Positions 27,630 through 41,564 of a stretch of DNA of 64,000 nucleotides are shown in pieces. The first letter of the stretch is position 1. The number at the start of each line of letters is the position of its first letter. The notes beneath the pieces were generated by a model that worked only from the letters and a program-made list of their open reading frames with translations, searched no databases and was not told the origin of the DNA. Origin of the DNA: Eledone cirrhosa (Eukaryota); NCBI GenBank assembly GCA_964016885.1, contig CAXHJY010000658.1:1-64000 (forward strand), in the 5' to 3' direction. The position numbers and the translations under genes were made by a program.

Positions 27630-28870
27630 CATCTTAGAATTTGATCTCGGGATTTGATTTGAGGATATATAATTTTGGATGTAAATAACTGACTCAAAAA
27701 ACATGTATTCCCTTGCTTCATAATTTTGGCAAATTTATTGCTTTGAAAAAGAAAAAGAAAAGAACATTAAAGCTGCTATTGAATCGACAGGATTTGATTT
27801 CTAAACGTAGATGTTTGGAAGTAAATTATGTTACCACCGGGCATGTTGTCCGTTGTTTCATAGTTTCTGAAAATTCCTGACATTTAGAATAAAAACAAAA
27901 GAAGGGAAAACATTAAATCTCTAATGGATCCGTTAAAATTTCATCCCTAAATGTAGAAGTTTGAAAGTAAATAATTTTAGCAGAGGACATGTCCGTTGTT
28001 TCAGTTTCTGCGAATTCATTGCTTTTAAAAGAAAAAGAAAAACATTTAAAATTGCTCTAGATCCGCCGGGATTGAATCGCTAAACTTAGAGGTTGGAAAG
28101 TAAAAAAAAGTTTTTAAAAAATAGCAGAAGCTTCAGTTTCTTCAGTTTCTGCAAATTCATCGGTTTTTTTTTAAATAAAAATATGGAAAAGTTCCATTAA
28201 AGAGTCAATGGATCCGTTAGAATTTGATCTCTGAACGTAAGAAATTTGAAAGTAAATAATTTTAACAGAAGACATGGGGTACGTTGTTTCACCATTTCTG
28301 TCAATTCATTGCTTTTAGAATAACATTTTTAAAAAATATAACCTTTAAAGTTGTAATCGATCCGTTAGAATTTGATCTCTGAACGTAGAAGTTTGAAAGT
28401 AAATAATTTTAACAGAGGACATGTTGTCTGTTGATTCACAATTTCTGTGAATTCATTGTTATAAAACTTTTTAAAATGAAGTCATTAAAACTGTAATGGA
28501 TCTGCCAGGATTTGATCTCTGAACGTCGAAGTTTGAAAGTAAATAATTATAGCAGATTACATGTCGTCCATTGTTTCACGTTTGTAAAATAGAAATTTTT
28601 TAAAAGAATTCGCTTAAAGCTGCAATGGATTTCTTAGAACTTATTTTAAAAGTAAATAATTTTAGCAGAAGACATGTCTGTTTCACAGTTTCTGTGAATT
28701 CCTTGCCTTTTAGAATAAAAATTTAAGAAAGAAAGCCATTGAAGCTGTAATGGATCCACCCGAATTTGATCTCTGAACGTAGAAGTTTGAAAGTATATAA
28801 TCTTAGTAGAGGACATATTGTCCTTTGCTTCAGTTTCCCCCCCCCCCCCCCCGCAAATTCATCGCTCTCT
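27630..28870. repeat. Degenerate ~130-150 bp tandem repeat, about 9 units
   Basis: Recurrent gatccgttagaatttgatctctgaacgtagaagtttgaaagtaaataatttta.cagaggacatg. Confidence 0.85.
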
Positions 28871-30587
28871 GTTGATTTCAAAAGAAATATTTTTTTATAT
28901 ATATTTTTAGCAAGAAAATCATATGGAAGAAAGAGAAAATGTAAAGAGGAATTATATGCAAATGTATTGTGGAGGTAAGGAGGGAGAATTAAACACCATT
29001 CTCCAGCATTGAATACACACACAACAACAGGTAAGGTGTGTTTGCTGTTGTTCCTTTACTTTTAACTAACGGTATTACGGGCAACCATTTTGGATTTTTT
29101 ACGTTTTCCATTTTTTTCATTAAAAATTATTTTATCATTTTTTTTTTTTTTGCCTTCTCTTTTTTATATATATATATTTTTATTTTCCGTAATTTTTATA
29201 GATTTTTATTTTTATTTATTTAAATTTTTTTTTTTTTTTTTTTTTCCTAGGGTGAATTATTTTTCTGTAATTCTTAACAGCTAAACGGTTCTGTAAATGG
29301 TATTAACATTAGTAATCTTTGGTTTAGCAAAAAAAAAAAAATGACAATAATAAATACACAAACAAACAAAGCAATGAAAGCCACAAAAAAATATGAAGGC
29401 TTTAGTAAAAAGAAGAAAAAACACGACAGCAATAAAATACTGAGTGATTTCTATGGTGGATAAAAAAATGAGGGGAAAAAATGGAGATTTTTCAAATCAC
29501 TAACATGGCATGTTCTTAGGAGTGGTGAAATGTATTGTTTTGTGTGTGATGGGGAGGGTGTAGTGTATGTATGTATGTGTGTGCATGTTTCTGTGTGTGT
29601 ATGTATTTGAGTGTGTATCTGTATGTGTATATATGTATATTTGAACATATGTGTGTATATGCCGGTGTGCCTGTTTGTGCATGTATCTGTGTGAGTGTAT
29701 ATGGTTTTCGGTGTGTCTCTGTGTATTGTATGTGTGTATGCATATGTTTCTCTGTGTGTATGAGTATGTATCTGTCTCTGTGTATGCGTCTGTGTCTGGC
29801 TATGTGTATGTATCTACGTACCTCTGTGTGTGTGTGTGTGTGTCGGTGTATATATATATGTGTGCGCTTATTATTCATTATATATATATTAATCGATATA
29901 TATATTTATTTTACTTCATGTACAAACAAACAATCAAACAAACAATCATTTGAAAAATTACAAGAATCAAATCGAAAAAAATTATTTTCTTTGTTTGTTG
30001 GTTTTCGTCATTAGACTGCGGCCATGCTGGAGCACTGCGATTAGCTGTAGAATGTTGATTGTTTCTTTTTTTTTGTATTTTATATGTTATTATGCTTATA
30101 TATAGTTAGTTGTAACGGCAGTAAAAAATGTAGTCAACCACGTGAAGACCTACCCATATATATATGCATGTATTTATATATATGCATATACATATGTGTG
30201 TATGCTGAATGAATGTATGTTTGTATGTATTATATATTAATATGTGTGCATATATATATATATATAATTTATATTTATAAATATGTATATGTATAATATG
30301 GAGTGAAAGAGAGAGGGTGAGATACATATATATGCATACATAATCATATATTTACACACACACACACATACACACATACACACATACATACATACATACA
30401 TACATACATACATACATACATACATAATGTATGCACATATATGTGCATATATATAAGCGTGTAAGCATTTAAGGATACGCATATATATATATGATCTTTT
30501 AACGTATATTTGCATAAATGTGAATAAACCTGCATGTATTTCATGGGCACCAAGCTGTGAATATATATTTACATATTTATCAATATT

Positions 30588-30652
<65 letters not shown>

Positions 30653-30742
30653 GTGTGTGTGCGTATACCTAATAACTATGTAAATATAGTCTTATGTAAA
30701 AATAAAGTCTTTTTTTTTGCCTAATTATATTGTTCTCTACAA

Positions 30743-30925
30743 GGGTGGTGGATTGGCAGTGTCGGTAGAGAGCCGGACACCATGTTTTTCAGCATAGAGT
30801 TACGGCCCTTTACGGTCTGAGTTCAAATCCCGCCGAGGTTAACTTCGCCTTTCATCCTTACGGGGTCGATTTAATCGAGTTTTCCCTTCCCCAAAATTGC
30901 TGGCCCTGTGCCTCAGTCAGAAACC
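30743..30925 (+). mobile_element. tRNA-derived SINE with 19-bp target-site duplication
   Basis: attatattgttctctacaa at 30724-30742 and 30926-30944. Confidence 0.92.
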
Positions 30926-31869
30926 ATTATATTGTTCTCTACAAAATATTAGATATGTGGTTTCCTATGATATTGACAATGTCCAATCGGTTTAACATCT
31001 TGAATATTTAGCTTCAATTCTCTCATAGAGACCCTTCTAAACAGTTTTCCTCTGCGAAAGTTCCAGTCAAAGGACATGGATCGACACGAAGCTATGGTAA
31101 CTGACCCTCGATCAATATTCCACACTGTGGAGTCGAACTCGCTACCTAATGGTTCCGCAGCATTTGGTAGTACTGTGTCCACCAAATACCTTCTATATTA
31201 CAGCTGACATAACTAGTAGAGCTTTATGAAGAGCAGTGCACCTCCATTTATAATCCGGCTATCACCACAACCAGCTGTCACCATCCCCAGCACTCCTCTA
31301 TTACAAGCACCACCATCATTAGCCCCACCACCACTATTACAAGCAACTCTACCATCATCACCATCAGCACAAATATCACCACTTACATCACCACCACCAC
31401 CACCACCACCAACACTACTATCGCGACCATCGCACCACTACTATCACTATTATCACGTCAATTCACCACAACAACCATCACCACTATTACCACAAACACC
31501 ACCACCACAAACATCACCACCATCACCACCATCACCACCATCACCACCAACAACACCACCACCAACATCACCACCATCACCACAAACATTACCACCACCA
31601 CCATCACCACCACCATTAACCGACAACAACTACGGCAACAACAACACCATTAACACAAACACTATACAATTTCCATCATTTCCGTCAATTATATTAGCAA
31701 CAAATAAAAATTTATTTTATCTATATATTTATTTATTTCGTAAGCTATTTGATTGTCTAAAGAAGGGGGAGGTAAGCCGTGTGTTAGTTTTATTTTCCAA
31801 AACTTGCCATACACTATCATAGCTTTCATGGAGTATGACTTTCATTCGCAGGTTTTGTGTATGTGTATG

Positions 31870-31934
<65 letters not shown>

Positions 31935-32229
31935 TGTATATATTTACATATACACATTTATATATGCACACATATACTATATTTATATAAATATATATAT
32001 ATGTGTGTGTATGTATATACACATATATATATGCATACATATATATTTATATATATATATATAGATGAGCTAGTATTGTGGGAGTGAATCAAAAGGTGAA
32101 GAGGTTGAAGAAACAGTGAGGGGAGTGTGACAACAAGAATGGAGGGGTTGGGGAGGGTGACGATATTTTGGTGTGGAATATTATTGGTATTGATGAAGGT
32201 AATCGATAGTCATAGACAGAATCTCTGAC

Positions 32230-32670
32230 ACACAATACACAACACACACTAACACAACACACACTACACACACAACATCACAAACACCACACAACACACT
32301 ATACAAAAGAGTACAACACGACACATCACCGCAACAACACAACAACAACAACAACAACACACCACCGCAACAACACAACAACACACCACCGCAACGACAC
32401 AACACAACAACAACAACACACTACCGCAACGACACAACACAACAACAACACAACGCAACAACAACACAACCACAACAACAACACAACAACAACAACACAC
32501 CACCGCAACAACACAACAACAACACCGCAACAACACGTTCAACAACAACACAACAACAACAACACACAACAACAACACCGCAACAACACGACAATAACAA
32601 CAACAACACAACAACACAACACAACACAACACAACACAACACATCACAACACGCTACAACACTACACTAG
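32230..32670. repeat. (CAA/CACAA)n low-complexity tract
   Basis: Direct reading. Confidence 0.9.
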
Positions 32671-32850
32671 TTGAACAGACAGACAGATATAGTGGTCAAG
32701 TTGAAGGTTTGTTTGTAGGTGGAAAGGACAGGAAGTCGCAGATCTATTTTAGGGTCAATGGTTAAACAATCTGCAGTAGTTTGAAGACTTGTTACAAATG
32801 TAAAAAAATTCAAAAGGCACAAAACATAAACATGTGTACGGAAAAAATTA

Positions 32851-33018
32851 CCGTATTTCCCGGCGCTGGAGACGCTTCGTCCTCAAGGACACACCCTAAT
32901 TTTGACAATCAAAAATTTGAAAAAAAATAATAAACGATCTTCGGCCTCCAGGACGCGTGGTAGATGTTTGAGATTTATTTTAGGGAAAAAGTAGCATCTT
33001 CCACGCCGGGAAATACTA
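32851..33018. mobile_element. MITE with pogo/Tc2-like termini
   Basis: TA-ccgtatttcccggcg ... cgccgggaaatac; right terminus slightly eroded. Confidence 0.7.
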
Positions 33019-33149
33019 ATTATTTCATTAAGATAGTAATTTGAAAATATTTTTTAAAAAAAGGAAGGAAAGGCAAGGGCTCTAGTGTCACAGAAGAATG
33101 GGGATGGGGAAGGTGTGGGTAATTGGGCTCTGGACCTAGGGTGCGACGA

Positions 33150-33432
33150 TAATGGAGCTGCACCCCGCGGACAAGACCGCAAAAGCATTCCTCCGAACAA
33201 TGGCCAGTGACACTCGCTGCAAGAGCCACCCCACCTCGTGGGGCTACTTCTTCAGCTGGGCTGCTGACGTTCCGATCTTGTGGAGGGGCTCGGCAGTATA
33301 AGGTCCAAGTACGCCTGTGGTCTCGACGGCGACCGGTGCGAAGAGGAAGCAGCTGGACAATCCCCAGTATTTATTTATCTTCCTTTCCTATGCATAGCAG
33401 GCTGCAGTACCGGGGTCTGTGGCCGAAGCGAC
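33150..33432 (-). pseudogene. CRE-clade non-LTR retrotransposon C-terminal fragment
   Basis: [36 protein letters not shown]...WLLQRVSLAIVRRNA matches the K..KY...F.PVAVET.G...QR.S.AI.RGNA pattern. Confidence 0.82.
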
Positions 33433-33545
33433 TAAGCTGGAGAACCCTAACACAACACGTGATAATAACACCAACTGTAACTGCAGAACTTCAGCCAACT
33501 TCGCTATGCACAATAAATGCCTCCATAGAAACATAGTATATGGTG
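33432..33545 (+). pseudogene. Small PLE GIY-YIG linker fragment
   Basis: [23 protein letters not shown]. Confidence 0.65.
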
Positions 33546-33649
33546 GTTTGGGACACCCTGCAGGACAGAAAACAAAACCTGACAAAGGGCAAAAGAACTC
33601 ATAAGAATCAACGGCCATCCAAAAGTGTGTAAATATGTGCATGTGTGCG

Positions 33650-33702
<53 letters not shown>

Positions 33703-33723
33703 ATGTGTGTATATGAATATATG

Positions 33724-33763
<40 letters not shown>

Positions 33764-34054
33764 AATATATGTATATATATGTGTGTGTGTGTGTGTATAT
33801 GAATATATGTATATATATATGTGTGTGTGTGTGTATATGAATATATGTATATACATGTGTGTGTGTGTGTATATGAATATATGTATATACATGTGTGTGT
33901 GTGTGTGTATGAATATATGTATATATATGTATGTATGTATATATGTATGTATATATAGGTATATATATGTATGCATATATATGTCTGTATATATATAGGT
34001 ATATATATGTATGCATATATATGTATATATATATATAGGTATAAACAATATATT

Positions 34055-34340
34055 AACAAATGGAAACTATCCAGGAGATTCCAACCAGAATGGTTGCATT
34101 TGTTCAGGGTATGTCAATATTTATTTATAAAACTAACCCATATTATATTTTATCTGATGAAAGTACACCATAGTTTGCCTTGGTGGCCCTTGAAATAAGT
34201 ATAATAAAATAAATATGGTTTTATAAATATAGTATCCATATGTTAATATATTGTATATTTACTCCAATAATTTGTAGAGTGCTTTATATCAGTTATAAAA
34301 ATATTTTACTTGATGTATCCCAACAAATTAAATATAACCT
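34055..34340 (+). mobile_element. PLE pLTR with HHR at 34146-34211
   Basis: TATTTTAT-CTGATGA-aagtaCACCA...TGGTGgccctt-GAAA-TAAGTA-TA-ATAAAATA. Confidence 0.8.
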
Positions 34341-34358
34341 CTGCATATATATATATAC

Positions 34359-34470
<112 letters not shown>

Positions 34471-34745
34471 GTATATATATATATATATATATATATATAC
34501 GTATATATACGTATATATATATATATATACGTATATATATATATATATATACGTAGATATATATATACGTATATATATATATGTATATATATACATATAA
34601 GGATTAGAATACTGGAGCGTGTTTGAGTCAAACACCCTCTTCGTATTATAGAAATGACAGTAAAAGGTATAGCTCAATGCAGTTAAACAGAGCCGAAAAA
34701 TTAAGAGAGTAAAACAAAGAATCCTTTAATACATCAAAAGTTTTT

Positions 34746-34796
34746 ATTAGCCGACAATGTTTCGTCCTATTGAGGACTCAGACTCATCAGGGCAAT
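34746..34796 (-). ncRNA. Minimal type I HHR, canonical core, GUC site
   Basis: ATTGCC-CTGATGA-gtctgaGTCCT caat AGGAC-GAAA-C att G-TC-GGCtAAT. Confidence 0.75.
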
Positions 34797-35122
34797 CAAC
34801 ACAACAAGAGGTAATTTCGGCAGATACCAGCCAGAAACTCTGAAGAATATGGAGTTTACATACACTAATGTCTTACAAAGATATACGATAATAAAAATGA
34901 AGATAAAAATAATAAAATTATAATAACTAAGGATGTAGATAACATTAAGAACCATATTACAAATATAGTCCAAAGTCACCAACTTAAATCTAAACAAATT
35001 TGGTTATATAGAGCAGGAATTATATATAACACAGTATAATACATTATAATAATAATATATCTATACCAACATTAAAATTCCAAATTAAAAATCAAAAGGT
35101 ACAATATATACATGTATATATG

Positions 35123-35169
<47 letters not shown>

Positions 35170-35477
35170 TACAATACACATATCTATTTTCTATTACACA
35201 GAAATTAAGCCCTATTGGAAGTTTGAACATCAAAAATATCAAAAAATAAGCATGGTAATAGTGAAAATAATGCTAATACATCTACCCAATATACATGAGG
35301 CAATAATATGATATAATTACAAGAAACACTTATAACAAATAATAAACAACAAAATTATATAATACAATACAATATAATAAAGTAGAATATATAATCCCCA
35401 GTTAATTTACAGAAACAATATAGATGTCACAGTGAAATACAATGATAAAATGTTAACATTATATTAACAATTACCAA

Positions 35478-36275
35478 AAGGACGAAAAAACGGGTCAGTA
35501 CTATACGAACATGCTAGACAACAACATGACGGTAACATAGACAATATAGAAATTAGAATAATATCTAAACATAGGAATGACCCAGCAGATAGGCAAATCA
35601 GAGAGGCCAGTGAAATAGAAATTAGAAGACCAAAGCTAAACAGAAAGAATGAGTGGAACAACAACAACACCCAAACAAACAACACTGACCTAAGAGAAGT
35701 ATAAATAAGTAAATAAATAAAATAAAATAAAATAAGATAAATAAATACATACATACACAAGCACAATAACAACAAGCACATAAACACACACTAGTCACCC
35801 AGCAGACACAACACTATACACACTAGTCACACAGCACACATTACACTATACACACACGCAAACGCATGCGCAAAGAAGACAAAATAAAATAAACAAACAA
35901 GCAAATAAATAAATAAATATATAGACAGACTGAATAAAAAATGGCGTAGACATACAACACAACAGGAGGAAAAAATATAACACCACTGACGATGTTGCAG
36001 ATGTGCAACGAAAGATTTATGTAAATTATGTAAACTATATATATGTGTTTGTGTCTATATTGTATCTGTATTATTTTTGACCGTCGGTCAGTCAATGGCA
36101 ACATTGAGGACCGAGTAAGTTAGATCGCAGATATAAAAGACAGCGAGAAGCGAAAACCAACCAAACAGCGAGTGTGTTCTGTTATTAATTCTGGCAATAT
36201 TACGCAAATATGACCCTCCCTAAGTATAACAATATCTGTTTCGACACACGATTTCATATTAAAAAAACTCGCTAA
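35478..36275 (+). mobile_element. PLE (Nematis-like) 3' end: GIY-YIG C-terminus plus pLTR, HHR motif at 35982-36022
   Basis: [11 protein letters not shown]...[20 protein letters not shown]; CTGACGA-tGTTGCA gatg TGCAAC-GAAA. Confidence 0.85.
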
Positions 36276-36304
36276 ACTATATATATATCTATCTATATAT
36301 ATAC

Positions 36305-36416
<112 letters not shown>

Positions 36417-36436
36417 GTATATATATATATATATAC

Positions 36437-36498
<62 letters not shown>

Positions 36499-36809
36499 GT
36501 ACGTATATATATATATATATACGTATATATATATATATACGTATATATATATATATATATATACGTATATATATATATACGTATATATATATATATATAT
36601 ATATACGTATATATATATATATACGCATATATATATATATATACGTATATATATATATATATATATATACGCATATATATATATACGTATATATATATAT
36701 ATACGTATATATATAAATATATATACGTATATATATATATATATATATACGTATATATATATATATATACGTATATATATATATATATATATATATATAC
36801 GTATATATA

Positions 36810-36988
<179 letters not shown>

Positions 36989-36993
36989 GTATA

Positions 36994-37158
36994 TTTTTCT
37001 AAGGCGGGTAAAATTCCCGAGATCCATGGACGAGTTCTCTCCAGCGGTCTCTGTCCCTCATTATCGCTGCCATGTACTGCGTCTCCAATAGACCAGTGTC
37101 TGTCCTTAGGACATCAACATACGTTAACCTTGGTCTTCTTCTTTAGTGTGTCGATGTA
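36994..37158 (-). mobile_element. RTE 3' fragment, near-identical to 6516-6680
   Basis: One substitution seen; same endpoints. Confidence 0.85.
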
Positions 37159-37161
37159 TAC

Positions 37162-37193
<32 letters not shown>

Positions 37194-37288
37194 GTATATA
37201 TATATATATATACGTATGTATATATATATATACGTATATATATGTATGTATATATATACGTATATATATATATATATATATATATACG

Positions 37289-37319
<31 letters not shown>

Positions 37320-37328
37320 TATATATAC

Positions 37329-37398
<70 letters not shown>

Positions 37399-37409
37399 GT
37401 ATATATAAA

Positions 37410-38330
37410 ATCCCTGATCAGCAAAACCTAGCCTTTTAAGAAAACCCACTGTACCAATAGGAGATGTATCATATGTAAGGTGAACCCCCGGATAAACTGT
37501 AAAACTAGAAACGTAGTCTATAGCATAAGATGTACAGAGGGTACTTGCAGAAACATGACAACAACATACATAGGTCAGACAGCTTGTAGCATAGGTGAAA
37601 GGATAGACCAACACTGGGGGGAACTAAAAGGACGAAAAAACGGGTCAGTACTATACGAACATGCTAGACAACAATATGACGGTAACATAGACAACATAGA
37701 AATTAGAATAATATCTAAACATAGAAATGACCCAGCAGATAGGCAAATCAGAGAGGCCAGTGAAATAGAAATTAGAAGACCAAAGCTAAACAGAAAGAAT
37801 GAATGGAATAACAACAACACCCAAACAAACAACACTGACCTAAGAGAAGTATAAATAAGTAAATAAAATAAGATAAATAAATACATACACAAGCACAATA
37901 ACAACAAGCACATAAACACACACTATTCACCCATCACACAGCAAACATAACACTATACACACACGCAAACGCATGCGCAAAGACAAAATAAAATAAACAA
38001 ACAAGCAAATAAATAAATAAATATATAGACAGAGTGAATTAAAAAATGGCGTAGACATACAACACAACAGGAGGAAAATATAACACCACTGACGATGTTG
38101 CAGATGTGCAACGAAGGATTTATGATAAACTATATATATGTGTTTGTGTCTATATTGTATCTGTATTATTTTTGACCGTCGGTCAGTCAATGGCAACATT
38201 GAGGACCGAGTAAGTTAGATTACCGATATAAAAGACAGCGAGAAGCGAAAACCAACCAAACAGTGAGTGTGTTCTGTTATTAATTCTGGCAATATTACAC
38301 AAATATGACCCTCCCCAAGTATAACAATAT
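37410..38330 (+). mobile_element. PLE (Nematis-like) 3' end: GIY-YIG plus pLTR; HHR at 38085-38126 has GAAG in place of GAAA
   Basis: ORF 37480-37854: [33 protein letters not shown]. Confidence 0.9.
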
Positions 38331-38338
38331 ATATATAC

Positions 38339-38434
<96 letters not shown>

Positions 38435-38520
38435 AAAATTGAACGGGAACAAAACAGAGAAGCAGTACGAACAAAGGTTTATTAGTTTCACGCTCTTGAG
38501 AGTGGGGTGGTGGTGGGGAA

Positions 38521-38551
38521 CGACGTTTTGGGCATAAGCCCTTCTTCAGGT
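38521..38551 (-). ncRNA. Degenerate minimal HHR
   Basis: CTGAAGA-aGGGC ttat GCCC-AAAA-CG-TC; G12 replaced by A and stem I not evident. Confidence 0.5.
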
Positions 38552-38729
38552 GAAAAGTGTGTGGGAAGAGAGTTCCAAGGGTGTGTAGGGGAGTGTTGGA
38601 GAGACATATAGAAAAAGGGGTTGAGAGGAAACGGTACAAATGAAATTAAATATAAAAGCATAATAAAAATAAAAATAAACGTGAATTAAAACAGGTGGTG
38701 GAAGGGTGTGGGGCATATATATATATATA

Positions 38730-39482
38730 TATTGTTTAACTTGGGGAGGGTCATATTTGTGTAATATTGCCAGAATTAATAACAGAACACACTCATTGTT
38801 TGGTTGGTTTTCGCTTTTCGCTTCTGTGTCTTTTATATCGGTAATCTAATTTATTCGGTCCTCAATGTTGCCATTGACTTACCAGCGGTCAAAAATAATA
38901 CAGATACAATATTGACACAAACACATATATATAGTTTATCAAAGTTCTTTCGTTGCACATCTGCAACATCGTCAGTGGTGCTATTGTTTCCTCCCGTTGC
39001 ATTGTATTTTCTACGCCATCTTTATTTAGTCTGTTTATATATTTATTTATTAGTTTATTTTATTTTGTCTTCTTTGCGCATGCGTTTGCGTGTGTGTATA
39101 GTGTTTTGTTTGATGTGTGTTCGTGATTGGGTGACTGTGTATTGGTTAATGTATTCTATCTTTACTAGTGTGTGTTTATATGTGTTTGTTGTTATTGTGC
39201 TTGTGTATGTATTTATTTATTTATCTATTTATTTATTTATACTTCTCTTAGGTCAGTGTTGTTTGTTTGGATGTTGTTGTTATTCCATTCATTCTTTCTG
39301 TTTAGCCTTGGCCTTCTAAGTTCAATTTCACTGGCCTCTCTGATTTGCCTATCTGCTGGGTCATTTCTATGTTTAGATATTATTCTAATTTCTATGTTGT
39401 CTATGTTACCGTCGTGTTGCTGTCTGGCATGTTCGTATAGTACGATTTCTTATCAAAAACCTCGCAAAACTAATTCATCGCC
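38730..39482 (-). mobile_element. PLE (Nematis-like) 3' end, HHR motif at 38938-38979
   Basis: Reverse complement of 35500-36230; short inverted terminal piece at 39445-39482. Confidence 0.85.
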
Positions 39483-39483
39483 G

Positions 39484-39573
<90 letters not shown>

Positions 39574-39635
39574 GTATATATATATATATCTAAACGGAAA
39601 AAATATATACGTTCAACAATCTGGCAGGAAGGTAT

Positions 39636-39678
39636 ACGTTGCTGACGATAGCTAATAAGCTTGAAACTAGTGCAGCGT
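39636..39678 (+). ncRNA. HHR with GUG at the cleavage site (predicted inactive)
   Basis: GAAA-CTAG-TG-CAGCGT. Confidence 0.7.
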
Positions 39679-40052
39679 TCCTTTGTCAGTGTTGAACAAA
39701 CGAGCAACGATGGTTGCTGGACACTACGGCTTAATACGGGATGTTTGTTTACAAACGCACATTATAATAAATGTTCGGTGAATCCATACGTACATATATA
39801 TATATGTGTGCATGTATGTATATATATATACATACTACTGTACGTCTGTATACATATATGTATGTACGTGTACATACTTATATTTAAGTAACAGCCGTAC
39901 TAAGAGTGGGAAATGAAATTTCGTTTCATTTTTTCCGTTTATCATTTTCGGTGCACCCGGCCGATTGACACTCTCGATATGCAAATTGGGCTACTCAGCC
40001 GTTAATATGCATAAGGTAAGTATATACGTTCAACAATCTGGCAGGAATGTAT

Positions 40053-40095
40053 ACGTTGCTGACGATAGCTAACAAGCTTGAAACTAGTACAGCGT
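40053..40095 (+). ncRNA. Minimal type I HHR
   Basis: ACGTTG-CTGACGA-tAGCTaacaAGCTt-GAAA-CTAG-TA-CAGCGT. Confidence 0.85.
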
Positions 40096-40476
40096 TCCTT
40101 TTTCAGTGTTGAACAAACGAGCAACGATGGTTGCTGGACACTACGGCTTAATACGGGATGTTTGTTTACAAACGCACCGAGCATTATAATAAATGTTCGG
40201 TGAATCGATACGTACATATATATATATATGTGTGCATGTATGTATATATATATACATACTACTGTACGTCTGTATACATATATGTATGTACGTGTACATA
40301 CTTATATTTAAGTAACAGCCGTACTAAGAGTGGGAAATGAAATTTAATTTCATTTTTTCCGTTTATCATTTTCGGTGCACCCGGCCGATTGACACTCTCG
40401 ATATGCAAATTGGGCTACTCAGCCGTTAATATGCATAAGGTAAGTATATACGTTCAACAATCTGGCAGGAAGGTAT

Positions 40477-40519
40477 ACGTTGCTGACGATAGCTAATAAG
40501 CTTGAAACTAGTACAGCGT
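40477..40519 (+). ncRNA. Minimal type I HHR
   Basis: Same as 40053 with loop aata. Confidence 0.85.
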
Positions 40520-40852
40520 TCCTTTGTTAGTGTTGAACAAACGAGCAACGATGGTTGCTGCAGACTACGGCTTAATACGGGACGTTTGTTTACAAACGCA
40601 CCGAGCATTATAATAAATGTTCGGTGAATCCATACGTACATATATATATGTGTGCATGTATTTATATATGTGTATGCATACTACTGTACGTCTGTATACA
40701 TATATGTATGTACGTGTACATACTTATATTTAAGTAACAGCCGTACTAAGAGTCGGAAATGAAATTTCGTTTCATTTTTTCCGTTTATATATATATACAT
40801 ATATATATATACTTATAGTTAAAAGAATGGACGTGTAACACACAAGTTATTA

Positions 40853-41335
40853 TATATTGGTAAACGGAATAGAAAATGCTGACAAATTGTTCACAGTTGA
40901 AAAATGGTTTAATTAGGAATAAAAGAGTATTAGTGATTGTATGGGTTAGTATTCAGTTGTGGTTTTAAGTTTTTAAGTTTTTACCGGTTGCGCATTTCTA
41001 AATGCTTTTCAAAAATAATTTTGAGATAGAGTGTCCGTGCTGTTTGCTCTGATCTGATTAGTTTTGGGAATTCTACCTGTTTTTATGTTAAAAAAGTGGC
41101 TCAGCGTTATTTTTGTGTTGCAAAAATGCTTGTGGTCAAAACAATTTTGATTGGTCGGTGGAGGTCATGTGAATGTTGAAAAGCATTTAGAAATGCGCAA
41201 CCGGTAAAAACTTAAAAACTTAAAACCACAACTGAATACTAACCCATACAATCACTAATACTCTTTTATTCCTAATTAAACCATTTTTCAACTGTGAACA
41301 ATTTGTCAGCATTTTCTATTCCGTTTACCAATATA
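40853..41335. repeat. Perfect inverted repeat, ~160 bp arms with ~163 bp spacer
   Basis: 40853-41012 is the reverse complement of 41176-41335. Confidence 0.92.
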
Positions 41336-41419
41336 TACTTATATATATACTTATATATATACTTATATATATACTTATATATATACTTATATATATATAT
41401 ATATATACGTATATATATG

Positions 41420-41453
<34 letters not shown>

Positions 41454-41519
41454 CGTATATATATATATATATATACGTATATATATATATATATATATAT
41501 ACTTATATATATATATACG

Positions 41520-41564
<45 letters not shown>

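Larger units (their letters stand above)
39590..40788 (+). repeat. Second tandem array (~2.8 units of ~420 bp) with one HHR per unit; diverged relative of 3738-6198
   Basis: HHRs at 39636-39678, 40053-40095, 40477-40519. Confidence 0.9.

Noticed and set aside
31226-31822. Proline-rich ORF
   Set aside because: Derived from CAC/CAT/CAA simple repeats; no other support.
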